Part shown: positions 1-9,264 of the stretch, piece by piece
Numbering within the stretch: the stretch's first letter is position 1
How the letters are laid out: every line of letters starts with the position of its first letter
Program-made: the position numbers and the translations under genes
The notes under the pieces: generated by a model
Seen by the model: only the letters and a program-made list of their open reading frames with translations
Told to the model about the DNA's origin: nothing
Database searches by the model: none
DNA from: Thermoplasmata archaeon
GTDB taxonomy: Archaea > Thermoplasmatota > Thermoplasmata > Thermoplasmatales > Thermoplasmataceae
NCBI GenBank assembly: GCA_049965715.1
Contig: JBMFWA010000004.1
Span: 30,081-94,080, forward strand
Direction of reading: 5' to 3'
DNA: 64,000 nucleotides

Positions 1-132
1 TTCACCAACCTCAAGAAAACCAACAGCCACAGTCATCAAAAGTATGAAAAGTGCGGCAACTATTATCCAGAGATTGTTTATCAGAAGCGTCGAAGTAACC
101 TGAACAGAGTTCACTATCTGAGTAACATCCAT
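1..132 (-). CDS. Ammonium transporter (Amt family) N-terminal fragment; continues beyond the window edge
   Basis: Manual translation of the minus strand from ATG at 132..130 gives MDVTQIVNSVQVTSTLLINNLWIIVAALFILLMTVAVGFLEVGE. This is a hydrophobic TM1 followed by a GF.LE.G motif resembling Amt N-termini. Only 44 codons are visible. Confidence 0.4.
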   Translation of the reverse strand, partial: MDVTQIVNSVQVTSTLLINNLWIIVAALFILLMTVAVGFLEVGE

Positions 133-263
133 GGTGCAATTCACCGGCGTAAGCCTGATGATGATTTTGGAGGCATTAATAAACCACTGACCTTATCTAT
201 AGGATGGTGCAAAGACTGATCGTTTTCTGGATATGGAAATCAGAAAATGAAATCATTTCGATT

Positions 264-1907
264 TCAGGATTTTACAATGTCGACAGGTATGATCTCTGCT
301 GCGGATTCAAGATCGGAGACATCCGGCGGGCTGTGGAGGAGGAATCTCCTGGCATAGATAGATGCCACTTTCAGCATTCTCCTGCTTTTAGTAAGATTGG
401 CCATGTGTACAAGCAGAATTACTGCGAGTGAATGTCCAATTGTGTTCAGGAAGTCCTTGGCAAAGAACTGAGTCATTTCCGGCGACATAGATGAAAGCAA
501 CTCAAGGTTCTTCCTGATCAGAAGAAAAGCGTTTTCGAACAGATCTATACCGTCAATTACGTCCTCCCGCATCTTCTCCACATCCTTCATCATGGTAAGA
601 TCCGATCGCTTCTTACCGATCACTTCAAGAAAGTCAATTGCCTGTATATTGCTTGGCCCCTCCCATATTGGCGTGATCAGGGCTTCCCTGTGCAGTCTTT
701 CGACAGGAAATTCCGTCAGGAAACCAACCCCTCCATGGAGCTGCATGGCCATTTCCGTGACATATGAAGCCATATCGGCAGTAATGTTTTTTGCCATATG
801 AGTAAGCATTCTTGCATAGTGGTATTCATCGTTGTATGGGGGTCTCTGCATAAACGACCTCTGAAATTCCAACGCAGCTTTGAAGGCAAGCAGCATGGAA
901 CCCTCAAGATAAACCTCCATGTCCATGAGGTCCCTTTTTATCAGGGGCTGGTCGATCAGAATTTTTCCAAACGCCTGACGCCTCTGCAGATAATAATACG
1001 CCTCCAGATATGATTTTCTGGCAACTCCCAGAGCACCCATCGCATTGGACAGCCTTGAAACCATCAGGTTCTCCATTGTGTAGTATATACCCTGGTCGGC
1101 ACTGCCCAGCATATAACATTCTGAATGCCTGAATTCCACCTCTCCAGTGGGTACGCTCATGGTTCCGCTCTTCTGTTTGAGCCTTCTGACGATAAAATTT
1201 CTGCCACCGGCAGAATTTATCTCCGGCACCAGGAATAGTCCCAACCCCTTTGCGCCTTTCCCTCCACTGGGGGTTCTGGCAGTCACAACAGCCATGTTTG
1301 CCAGGCCTGCATCACTGGAAAAGTACTTGGTGTCTCCATCAAGGAACCATCTGCCGTCACTGACGGTCGCGGTCACAATGTTGCTTCCAAGATCGCTTCC
1401 GCCCTGAATCTCTGTAAACCATGTTGCGCCGTACATCACGTTCGGATCCTTTCCTGTCAAGCCGGGGATGAATCTCTTCAGATCATTCCCTCCATATTTC
1501 GACAATGCATAGGCTGTCTGGTTCGTTACAGTCAAAACGCACGCTATTCCTGGATCAGATACGAGATAGAGAGCAGCGAAATGCTTCATCCAGTTGCCGG
1601 AAACGTAGGGAAAGGAATTTATCTTGAACTCGGTCATAAGCCTCCTCAATGCCCATCTTTCCGATGGGGCTATCCATGTCCTGTCAACCCTGTTTCCGTT
1701 TATACCCCACATTATGAGTCGGGGGTTGGCCTGCTTGTCAACGTAATCTGCAATTTCGTAAAGATCCTTTCCTGCAAAAGAACCAAGCGACGACAGACCG
1801 GAAAAGTCTTCTCCAAAATATTTTTCAGTCAGTTTGAGGAAACCGTCAATCTCGTAATGGTTCTTTCCATAGATGTTTGAAAGATAAGCAAAAGGCGACT
1901 CTTCCAT
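264..1907 (-). CDS. Acyl-CoA dehydrogenase family protein, long AidB-like form
   Basis: 547-aa ORF with ATG start. Shows ACAD-type middle and C-terminal domain motifs (TEIQGGSDLGSN, QLHGGVGF..EFPVERLHRE). It is longer than classic ~380-aa ACADs. Confidence 0.8.
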   Translation of the reverse strand: MEESPFAYLSNIYGKNHYEIDGFLKLTEKYFGEDFSGLSSLGSFAGKDLYEIADYVDKQANPRLIMWGINGNRVDRTWIAPSERWALRRLMTEFKINSFPYVSGNWMKHFAALYLVSDPGIACVLTVTNQTAYALSKYGGNDLKRFIPGLTGKDPNVMYGATWFTEIQGGSDLGSNIVTATVSDGRWFLDGDTKYFSSDAGLANMAVVTARTPSGGKGAKGLGLFLVPEINSAGGRNFIVRRLKQKSGTMSVPTGEVEFRHSECYMLGSADQGIYYTMENLMVSRLSNAMGALGVARKSYLEAYYYLQRRQAFGKILIDQPLIKRDLMDMEVYLEGSMLLAFKAALEFQRSFMQRPPYNDEYHYARMLTHMAKNITADMASYVTEMAMQLHGGVGFLTEFPVERLHREALITPIWEGPSNIQAIDFLEVIGKKRSDLTMMKDVEKMREDVIDGIDLFENAFLLIRKNLELLSSMSPEMTQFFAKDFLNTIGHSLAVILLVHMANLTKSRRMLKVASIYARRFLLHSPPDVSDLESAAEIIPVDIVKS

Positions 1908-1966
1908 TCATGATCAGTGAAATACTCTCTAAAAATGTTTTCCGGCCGGATTATGGAATACGAATC

Positions 1967-2344
1967 TCATTCCCTGTGGGGCTCGAGTTTTGTAATAAGT
2001 CCGGAGTTGACAGATGATATTATCTCGGATACGGTTCTGCCCTGCGCAGATACAAGCTTTATTCCACTGGCTGAAAAATCAGAGACAGCCCGCGGACCCA
2101 TCATACTGGCCACGATCACATCAGGTTTGAGATCTGTGACACGGGAATGAATGCTTCTGGCTTCTGTTGCATCTTTCTCGCTGCGGTGATCTTCATGAGG
2201 TCCTTCCCCTGCAAAGAATTCAATGGACGCGATATTTCCTTTCAGATCAGTCTCCACGAGAGCAAGATAGGGAGCTCTGCCAAAGTGAGGAGAAGCAACA
2301 GATTCTGCACCATTCCTGCTGAGTGTCGGTATCAGGATTCTCAT
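1967..2344 (-). CDS. NifB/NifX-type (dinitrogenase FeMo-cofactor-binding domain-like) small protein
   Basis: MRILIPT...ASPHFGRAPYLALVE... matches the typical N-terminus of this domain family. I chose the internal ATG at 2344 rather than the ORF-track start at 2371. Confidence 0.6.
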   Translation of the reverse strand: MRILIPTLSRNGAESVASPHFGRAPYLALVETDLKGNIASIEFFAGEGPHEDHRSEKDATEARSIHSRVTDLKPDVIVASMMGPRAVSDFSASGIKLVSAQGRTVSEIISSVNSGLITKLEPHRE

Positions 2345-2500
2345 AGGTAATCTGAGAATAATGCACCTCACATTTAAAAGAGATACGGCTAAAATTATTC
2401 AGAGGATTCCAAATCTCTCTCAGTCAGAGCATCATGAGTGATCCAATTGCGATGCATCCAATTGCGCTGATCACAGCTAAACTTTTGTTTACTTTCCAGT

Positions 2501-2510
2501 TTAAATATAA
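2501..2510 (+). promoter_or_regulatory. TATA-like box (TTTAAATATA) for the HMA-merA operon
   Basis: AT-rich box lies 27 nt upstream of the ATG at 2528. This spacing predicts a leaderless transcript. Confidence 0.45.
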
Positions 2511-2527
2511 TCAGACAATAACTTAAT

Positions 2528-2758
2528 ATGGCAGAAAAAGAACTGAAAATAAGAATATACGGAATGACCTGCGACGACTGCGTGGCGCATGTAAAAAACG
2601 GTTTACTGAAGGATTCAGGAGTGCTGAATGCCGACATTTCGCTGATAAAGGGAACCGGAAACATAAAGATAGACGATTCAAAAACTGATCCGTCAAAAAT
2701 AATTTCAAATGAGGTATTTGGAAAGGGATCGAAATACAAAGCATCCATAATCCACTGA
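2528..2758 (+). CDS. Heavy-metal-associated (HMA) domain metallochaperone, MerP/CopZ-like
   Basis: 76 aa with the GMTCDDC metal-binding motif near the N-terminus and ferredoxin-like fold length. Sits immediately upstream of merA. Confidence 0.8.
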   Translation: MAEKELKIRIYGMTCDDCVAHVKNGLLKDSGVLNADISLIKGTGNIKIDDSKTDPSKIISNEVFGKGSKYKASIIH

Positions 2759-2773
2759 AATGAGGGAGCAGAT

Positions 2774-4204
2774 ATGAAAGGTGAATTTGACCTCGTAATA
2801 ATGGGATGGGGGGCTGCGGCATTTTCGGCAGCGATAAAGGCGAGCGAGCTGACCTCAGGCGGAATGACCATAGCCATGGTGGGAAGCGGGAAGCTCGGAG
2901 GAACATGTGTCAATGTGGGCTGCGTGCCGTCAAAGTATCTTCTGGAATCCTCACACAGGGTGTTCAACCCGCTGCACCCCACAATGCCCGGAATCAACCC
3001 TGTGAGGGTGGAATACAGCTTTCCAGAGGTGATGGAAGGCCTCCGGAATTACGTGAATACTGCCAGAACGGAAAAATACGAAAAGGTCATATCGCAGTAC
3101 CCCAACATCACAGTTTTAGAGGGTAAAGCAAGATTCAGCGACAGCAGAAATGTAGAGGTTGTCAGTGACAGTGGAGAAGTGATTCATTCTTTACGCGGAG
3201 ACAATATACTCATAGCAACCGGATCATCACCCTCTGACCCGCCCATACCTGGTCTTGATAAGACTGATCACCTGAACAGTGAAAACATCTGGAACCTTTC
3301 AAAACTACCGGCAAGCATCCTCATTGCCGGCGGTGGAGCAATTGGTCTAGAAATAGGACAGGCTCTTAGACACCTTGGCGCTGAAGTGACTGTGGTGGAT
3401 TCGCTGCCTGAGATATTGCCTCAAACCGAGCCTGAAATAGCAAGGGCCCTGAGAGAACATCTTGAAGGAGAGGGAATGAGATTCGTTCTAAGAGCGAGAA
3501 TAAGCAGGATATTCGAGGAAGGTGAAGAGAAACTCATGGAGGTTGTAACACACAGAGGGAACGAAATACTGAAGGCGGAAAGCATACTTGTCGCCACGGG
3601 AAGATCTCCGAACACAAAATTTCTGAATCTATCCAATGCAGGCGTTGAGACTGAGCGTAACGGATCCATCAAAACAGATAAGAAAATGATGACCTCCCAA
3701 CCAGGAATTTATGCAGCAGGAGACGTGGTCAGCAAGAAACTGATGCTCGAAACTCTTGCGGCAAGGGAGGGCGTTGCGGCTGTGAGCAACATGCTAGGGA
3801 TGGATGTAACGATCGATTACGACACAATCCCATGGGGAATATTTACGGAACCCCAGATTGCAGGAATCGGAAGTACAGAAGCCCAGTATTCTGCAAAAAA
3901 CGGATCCTGCATGTCCCGGACTATCCACCTGTCCAGCGTCACGAAGGCCACCATAACAGGAGAAGCGGACGGCATGATCAAGATCATTGCCGAACCAGGT
4001 TCAGGGAAGGTTGTGGGTGTTCAGGTGATGTCCCCGAATGCGACTGACTTCATATCCGAAGCGGCATTCATAATGAGGAACAATCTGACCGTGGAGGATA
4101 TTGTCAACACGACGCACATATTTCCATCATTCGGTGAAGGCATCAAGATAACGGCCCAGTCATTCTTCAGAGATATCTCTAAAATGAGCTGCTGTGTGGA
4201 ATGA
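2774..4204 (+). CDS. merA: Mercuric reductase (pyridine nucleotide-disulfide oxidoreductase class I)
   Basis: FAD-binding GWGAAAFSAA and redox-active GGTCVNVGCVPSK are present. The C-terminal vicinal Cys pair (MSCCVE) is diagnostic of MerA versus other disulfide reductases. A GAGGGAG Shine-Dalgarno-like element lies 6-12 nt upstream of the ATG. Confidence 0.85.
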   Translation: MKGEFDLVIMGWGAAAFSAAIKASELTSGGMTIAMVGSGKLGGTCVNVGCVPSKYLLESSHRVFNPLHPTMPGINPVRVEYSFPEVMEGLRNYVNTARTEKYEKVISQYPNITVLEGKARFSDSRNVEVVSDSGEVIHSLRGDNILIATGSSPSDPPIPGLDKTDHLNSENIWNLSKLPASILIAGGGAIGLEIGQALRHLGAEVTVVDSLPEILPQTEPEIARALREHLEGEGMRFVLRARISRIFEEGEEKLMEVVTHRGNEILKAESILVATGRSPNTKFLNLSNAGVETERNGSIKTDKKMMTSQPGIYAAGDVVSKKLMLETLAAREGVAAVSNMLGMDVTIDYDTIPWGIFTEPQIAGIGSTEAQYSAKNGSCMSRTIHLSSVTKATITGEADGMIKIIAEPGSGKVVGVQVMSPNATDFISEAAFIMRNNLTVEDIVNTTHIFPSFGEGIKITAQSFFRDISKMSCCVE

Positions 4205-4254
4205 ATAATTCCACAGGCAAAACTCAACCCCTGTCGACGGATTCTCCCGGGTCA

Positions 4255-4268
4255 TATTTTTTATTTTG
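4255..4268 (+). terminator. Oligo-T tract (TATTTTTTATTTTG) downstream of merA
   Basis: T6-A-T4 run lies 50 nt after the merA stop. Archaeal termination typically uses oligo-T. Confidence 0.35.
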
Positions 4269-4391
4269 AGCTGCGGCGAGAAGAATGGAAAAGCTGGAAA
4301 GTACCGGAAAAATGGTCCCAAATTTTGTGAAACCGAGATCTCCCGGGGGAAAGTGTTTAAGCTGGGTGAAAATACACCCTCCTGACCAGAT

Positions 4392-4673
4392 ATGAGCAGA
4401 ATGTCAACGAGTATGATTTCGCTGGGAGTGGCGCTGGTTTTGCTGGGCGTTCTCCTGGCGCTTTATGAATTTATGAATGTTACGGTATCGCCGACCACAA
4501 GTCCGTCGCTTTCAACATCATTTGCAGATGTGCTCAACGTGGCTGCGTACATGCTCATCAAGATTGGGTTCCTTGCAGTTATAATGTGGGGTGGGTCGCT
4601 CCTCATCGGGAAGGCTCTGCAGATGACAAAGATCGAAAGAGAATCGTTATCTGAAAAGATCAAGCAGAGTTGA
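4392..4673 (+). CDS. Small membrane protein (2 predicted TM segments), unknown function
   Basis: 93-aa ORF with two long hydrophobic stretches and a charged C-terminal tail. I recognised no family motif. Confidence 0.5.
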   Translation: MSRMSTSMISLGVALVLLGVLLALYEFMNVTVSPTTSPSLSTSFADVLNVAAYMLIKIGFLAVIMWGGSLLIGKALQMTKIERESLSEKIKQS

Positions 4674-4688
4674 AGGCCGGGTGCTTTC

Positions 4689-5378
4689 ATGAGAATATCT
4701 GGTCCACTGAGGATGATTGGCTACGTGATTCTTGCAGTGAGCATTCTTGTTTTGCCATTCGCATTTACAAGCGTGGGTCAGACGGTCCAAAACATATCAT
4801 ACAGCCAGCCGACAATAGGATATGTGAACTCAACATTTGTTATAAACGGCACGATCTCAGGAACAGACAGCGGATCTTTTGAGGTCGACATAAGCGTTTT
4901 CAACAACACATTCGCCTTCATTCCAGGATCGCAGGAACATTACTCCTATTCGGTTCCCCTCAACAGAACAGGTATAACAGGGAAGGGATGGCCAGTCAGC
5001 AATGCCACACTGTCCGTTGATGCATCACTCTCGGTGCTATTTTTCAATTCAACTGCAGATAATATAATCAGTGTGAATGTCCCCGCTGTTTTTTCGGGGT
5101 TTTCTGTTAATTCATCGGGCAATTCCACCCTGGGAAACGGTTCGAGCGTCTACAGAATCCATGCATCATTCTATGACTATCTTCCAGGCACATTCAGCAT
5201 TGGTCACATACCGGTCAGTTACAACGGAAGATACGCCGGGGAGATCAATGCGACATCAATCAGCTACGGCTACAATTACGAGAGCGGATTCGTGATACTG
5301 CCCTCCGGCATAAGCTCAGCTGATCTGGTGTTTGGGGCTGGAGGTATTCAATGGAGTGTGAACAATGTCAGGATTTAA
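4689..5378 (+). CDS. Signal-anchored extracellular protein rich in N-glycosylation sequons, unknown function
   Basis: 229 aa with an N-terminal hydrophobic anchor (GYVILAVSILVLPFAF). About 10 or more N-x-S/T sequons by eye (NIS, NST, NGT, NNT, NRT, NAT, NST, NSS, NST, NGS, NAT). Confidence 0.55.
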   Translation: MRISGPLRMIGYVILAVSILVLPFAFTSVGQTVQNISYSQPTIGYVNSTFVINGTISGTDSGSFEVDISVFNNTFAFIPGSQEHYSYSVPLNRTGITGKGWPVSNATLSVDASLSVLFFNSTADNIISVNVPAVFSGFSVNSSGNSTLGNGSSVYRIHASFYDYLPGTFSIGHIPVSYNGRYAGEINATSISYGYNYESGFVILPSGISSADLVFGAGGIQWSVNNVRI

Positions 5379-5817
5379 GCCTTCATGGAAGGACATTGCC
5401 ATTGCAATCGGCCTTATCGTGGTATACTTTTTTGTGTTTTTTGTGCTCGTTCAGTATTTCTACGGGACATTCATCACCAGTCTCATTGTTACTGAGATTC
5501 CGGTCAACTCCCAGATCTATTACTACTATGCATATGCAATCATTGGAATAATCTTCGTGAGGGCCATCTTCAGGAGGCACTGGTTCAGCCGGGTTCTCAG
5601 CGGATCCGAGGCTTTTCTTTTTGTGCCATTCACGGACATCATTCTGAACGGAGGACTCATAAGCATAAATGTGCCAGGTCCTTCAGGAAACCTGCCGGTA
5701 TCGGTCAATATATCCATCTTCCTTTTCCTGATCCTTTCTGCAGAACTTATCATAGGGATTTCCTATATTATCAGGGCAATTGAGATGGTTTCAGAATCAG
5801 AATATTCAGATATCTGA
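5365..5817 (+). CDS. Integral membrane protein (about 4 TM), unknown function
   Basis: 150-aa hydrophobic ORF overlapping the upstream gene by 14 nt, which suggests translational coupling. Confidence 0.55.
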   Translation: MSGFKPSWKDIAIAIGLIVVYFFVFFVLVQYFYGTFITSLIVTEIPVNSQIYYYYAYAIIGIIFVRAIFRRHWFSRVLSGSEAFLFVPFTDIILNGGLISINVPGPSGNLPVSVNISIFLFLILSAELIIGISYIIRAIEMVSESEYSDI

Positions 5818-5858
5818 AAATGAGCGAACAATCAGTCTGCGTCTCCGTAGATCTGCTC

Positions 5859-6770
<912 letters not shown>

Positions 6771-6824
6771 TTACCTGAATATAATGATGCACATTCATAT
6801 GCACCAGGTGAATGGAAACAGCAA

Positions 6825-7613
6825 TTAGAGATGCAGAACCACGCCATAATTCTGATAAATTATGTAGATAGCTACGATGATAACGATGACCGCAAATATC
6901 TGGGTCAATCTTCTCTTCGGTACCCTGCTTGCAAGACGTGCACCTATCCAGCCTCCCAGTATACCGCCTGCAATAAAGAGACCGCTGATCACGAGATCGA
7001 GTTCGCCGCTGATTGAATAACGGATAGCGGTCACCACACCGAATGTTCCGACAGACAACAGGGATGTTCCCACAGCCTGTATTATGTTAAGACCGCCGCC
7101 AAAGAGAAGGCCAGGTACTATCAGGAATCCGCCACCAATGCCAAAATAGCCTGATGCGAAGCCCACAACAAGGCCGACGGAGACAAGTTTTGTGTATGAT
7201 CTGGAGGCAGATCTCTGCACCGCGGACATATCAACGCACTTTCTCTTGAGCATGTATGCCGCGATGCCTATCATCAGAAAACCGAAGAAGAAAAGGAGAT
7301 AGGTTCCGGGCGTTAAGAGCCCCAGTTCAGATCCTAAGAGAACGCCCACTATTCCAGGTATGGTAAAAATAGCTCCTAACCTGTATTTTACATTTCCCTT
7401 GATTGTGTGTGGTATCAGGTTCAGGTAGGCATTGATTCCAACAGCCAGAGCGGTGGTGCCTATTGCCATATGAGGATGATCAAATCCAACAAAATAGATC
7501 AGAAGTGGAATCGCCAATATCGAACCGCCCCCACCGATCAAGCCGAGGGAGAATCCAACAAGCAAACCTGAAATTACTGAAAGGATGAGCTGTAAGTCAG
7601 TCAGTGGATACAT
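6825..7613 (-). CDS. TauE/SafE (DUF81) family anion/sulfite exporter
   Basis: 262 aa, about 8 TM. Internally duplicated Gly-rich helices (GLIGGGGSILAIPLL / GIGGGFLIVPGL) are typical of TauE/SafE. Confidence 0.8.
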   Translation of the reverse strand: MYPLTDLQLILSVISGLLVGFSLGLIGGGGSILAIPLLIYFVGFDHPHMAIGTTALAVGINAYLNLIPHTIKGNVKYRLGAIFTIPGIVGVLLGSELGLLTPGTYLLFFFGFLMIGIAAYMLKRKCVDMSAVQRSASRSYTKLVSVGLVVGFASGYFGIGGGFLIVPGLLFGGGLNIIQAVGTSLLSVGTFGVVTAIRYSISGELDLVISGLFIAGGILGGWIGARLASRVPKRRLTQIFAVIVIIVAIYIIYQNYGVVLHL

Positions 7614-7621
7614 CTGTATGC

Positions 7622-7882
7622 CTAGAATGTCAGTACGGAATAACCATCTTCAATCATGGCATTGGTTTCCACGCCGCCAAGTACCATTTCAATGCCGGGA
7701 AATATATCATTCTCTGTAAGTCCTTCGCCTGCCATGCTTATCTTGCATATCTTCAGCGGTATGCCCTCATTCCTGAGCATGTTGATCTGCTCTTCGAACT
7801 GTGGAGAACTCTTTTGATGCTTATTTGCAGCCTGCACACCCCTTCCAAGGAAGAGGAATTCGACACTGGCCTTTGCATTCAA
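7622..7882 (-). CDS. DsrE/DsrF-like (DrsE_2 type) sulfur-relay family protein; N-terminus apparently disrupted
   Basis: The C-terminal 86 aa match the family pattern (...FLFLGRGV...LRNEGIPLKICKISM...SVLTF). Homology continues upstream of the TTG at 7882 (FLAPLPFLIITSSDSRFFTA) up to an in-frame TAG at 7945..7943. The only ATG (7950) is in another frame. Confidence 0.6.
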   Translation of the reverse strand: MNAKASVEFLFLGRGVQAANKHQKSSPQFEEQINMLRNEGIPLKICKISMAGEGLTENDIFPGIEMVLGGVETNAMIEDGYSVLTF

Positions 7883-9002
7883 TGCGGTGAAGAATCTGCT
7901 GTCGCTAGACGTGATTATGAGAAATGGAAGCGGGGCGAGAAACTATCCATATGTTCACTCGTTAACCGAATTCGGCAGACTACTGCTGGGATGACACAGG
8001 GTTTTTTCGGGCAATTTCAAACGAAAACATGTGAACATTGCAGGTTAGATCGACTTGCAATGCTTAAGTACCGCTAATAGCGCATTCTCTCTATCCTCAT
8101 CACCCTTTCCCTCTGGCGCTTCTCATTTAATTTAGCATGAGCCTGGAATCAGAACCCACAAATCCTCTAAAGTCTGTTCATGAGCTAAGCCACTTCCACA
8201 GTGGAATGAACTTGATATTCCTTTTAACGCCATACCATTCACTTTGCTCAGTTCTCTCGACGGAGTCTGTGATCACGATAAGATCTTTACAACCGAACAC
8301 CTCAGAACCTTTGATTAGAGACCTTACCTCCCTTTCCATTGTTGATGATTCAGAAAGATCTGAACAAACTTGAATTAATTCCCTTACTAGGTTTCCTTGC
8401 TTGACTACAAAATCAATCTCAAGTTGCTGATCATTCTTCCAGAAATAGAATTTGAAATTTTCTTTATAAGACCTTCGTAGAAGTTCTATGGCAACAAGAT
8501 TTTCGTAGAGCACTCCTCTATCTTGACCATTCCTGTGGGTGCTTGAGTGAATGAATCCGTTATCGATGCAGTACATTTTCTTGTTTGCTTTCACCCGCTC
8601 GCTCACTTTTGTGGAGTACAGTTCCATTTCAAAAAAAATGAAACTTTCTCCGAGAAAATCAACGCACCTTTTCACGGAATGGGCACTTTTCAATCCAGTC
8701 AGGTTGGTCAATTTCGAATAGGAGAATTCCCTGCCAATGTTGGAAACAAAATACTCAGCTAGCTCATCAATTGTACGCGGTTTCCTAACCCTGTATCTCT
8801 TCACTATGTCCTTATAAACGACAGGTGCGAACAGGGTCGAGGGATATTCCCTATAGTTGAGAGATTTTACGAACGGTTCGGGATAGCCTCCATTGATCAG
8901 GTATTCAGACAATGTTACTCTGTACTGGGATTCTGTAAGGTTCCTTTTATAAGAATCAATGATTTCAAGGTAGGATAGAGGTAGTATACGTGGTGACCTC
9001 CT

Positions 9003-9028
9003 CTCCCAGCTTCCGCAGGGAGCTTCCC
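9003..9028 (-). repeat. Direct-repeat copy B: GGGAAG-CUCCC-(10-nt loop)-GGGAG
   Basis: Read directly from the sequence. The loops UUCGCAAGAU (A) and UGCGGAAGCU (B) are 7/10 identical. Confidence 0.45.
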
Positions 9029-9035
9029 ACTTCAA

Positions 9036-9264
9036 AGGTTGCTGGCGGAATCTCCATGGGCTTGAATTCCCTTCGGCCCGAAGGTACTCTGTCCTTCATG
9101 CTAAGCCACCTGACTTTACGGATGCAGGCACGCATGAAGCAATATGCATTCCGACCTGTTTCACTTCTGTCTGCCAGCGGACATGTAGAGGAACCTTGGG
9201 TCACATATCAATTTGTCTACTCGCTTTCATCCCCTATCTTGCGAAAGGGGACTTCCCGCTCGCA
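9036..9264. other. Non-coding, hairpin-rich block interrupting the ATPase pseudogene
   Basis: Multiple stops occur in the gene frame. Strong stems on the minus-strand RNA include CUUCAUGC/GCAUGAAG (9139-9132 with 9101-9094), GCUGGCAGA/UCCGCCAGC (9178-9170 with 9049-9041) and CCUUCG-GGC-CGAAGG (9085-9071). Confidence 0.5.
9231..9257 (-). repeat. Direct-repeat copy A: GGGAAG-U-CCCCU-(10-nt loop)-AGGGG
   Basis: Read directly from the sequence. It pairs with copy B about 229 nt away, and the stems differ by compensatory changes. Confidence 0.45.

Noticed and set aside
2395-2997. Long ORFs antisense to, or overlapping, strongly supported genes. Examples: 2395-2997(-), 16725-17336(-), 22735-23388(-), 23485-24144(-), 38486-39256(+), 47418-47780(+), 54898-55290(-), 63121-63753(-).
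   Set aside because: Each lies opposite or out of frame to a gene with clear family motifs (merA, beta-CASP RNase, coaBC, polX, hppA, thermosome, ABCE1). Their translations are low-complexity or Ser/Pro/Arg-rich with no motifs, which is typical of shadow ORFs.
9036-9264. RNase P RNA interpretation of the ATPase-pseudogene block, and of 49511-49910. GGGAAGUCC and (A)GGCUUA resemble CR-I and CR-V, and could form a P4-like helix with a bulged nucleotide.
   Set aside because: There is no room or sequence for P1-P3 upstream of the CR-I-like motif; that region is coding sequence in one locus and an AT-rich promoter in the other. The CR-I/CR-V spacing is only about 150-195 nt. I saw no CR-II/III/IV equivalents. 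In the second locus about 190 nt follow the CR-V-like motif. The short motifs are within chance expectation. An Infernal RF00373 scan would settle it.
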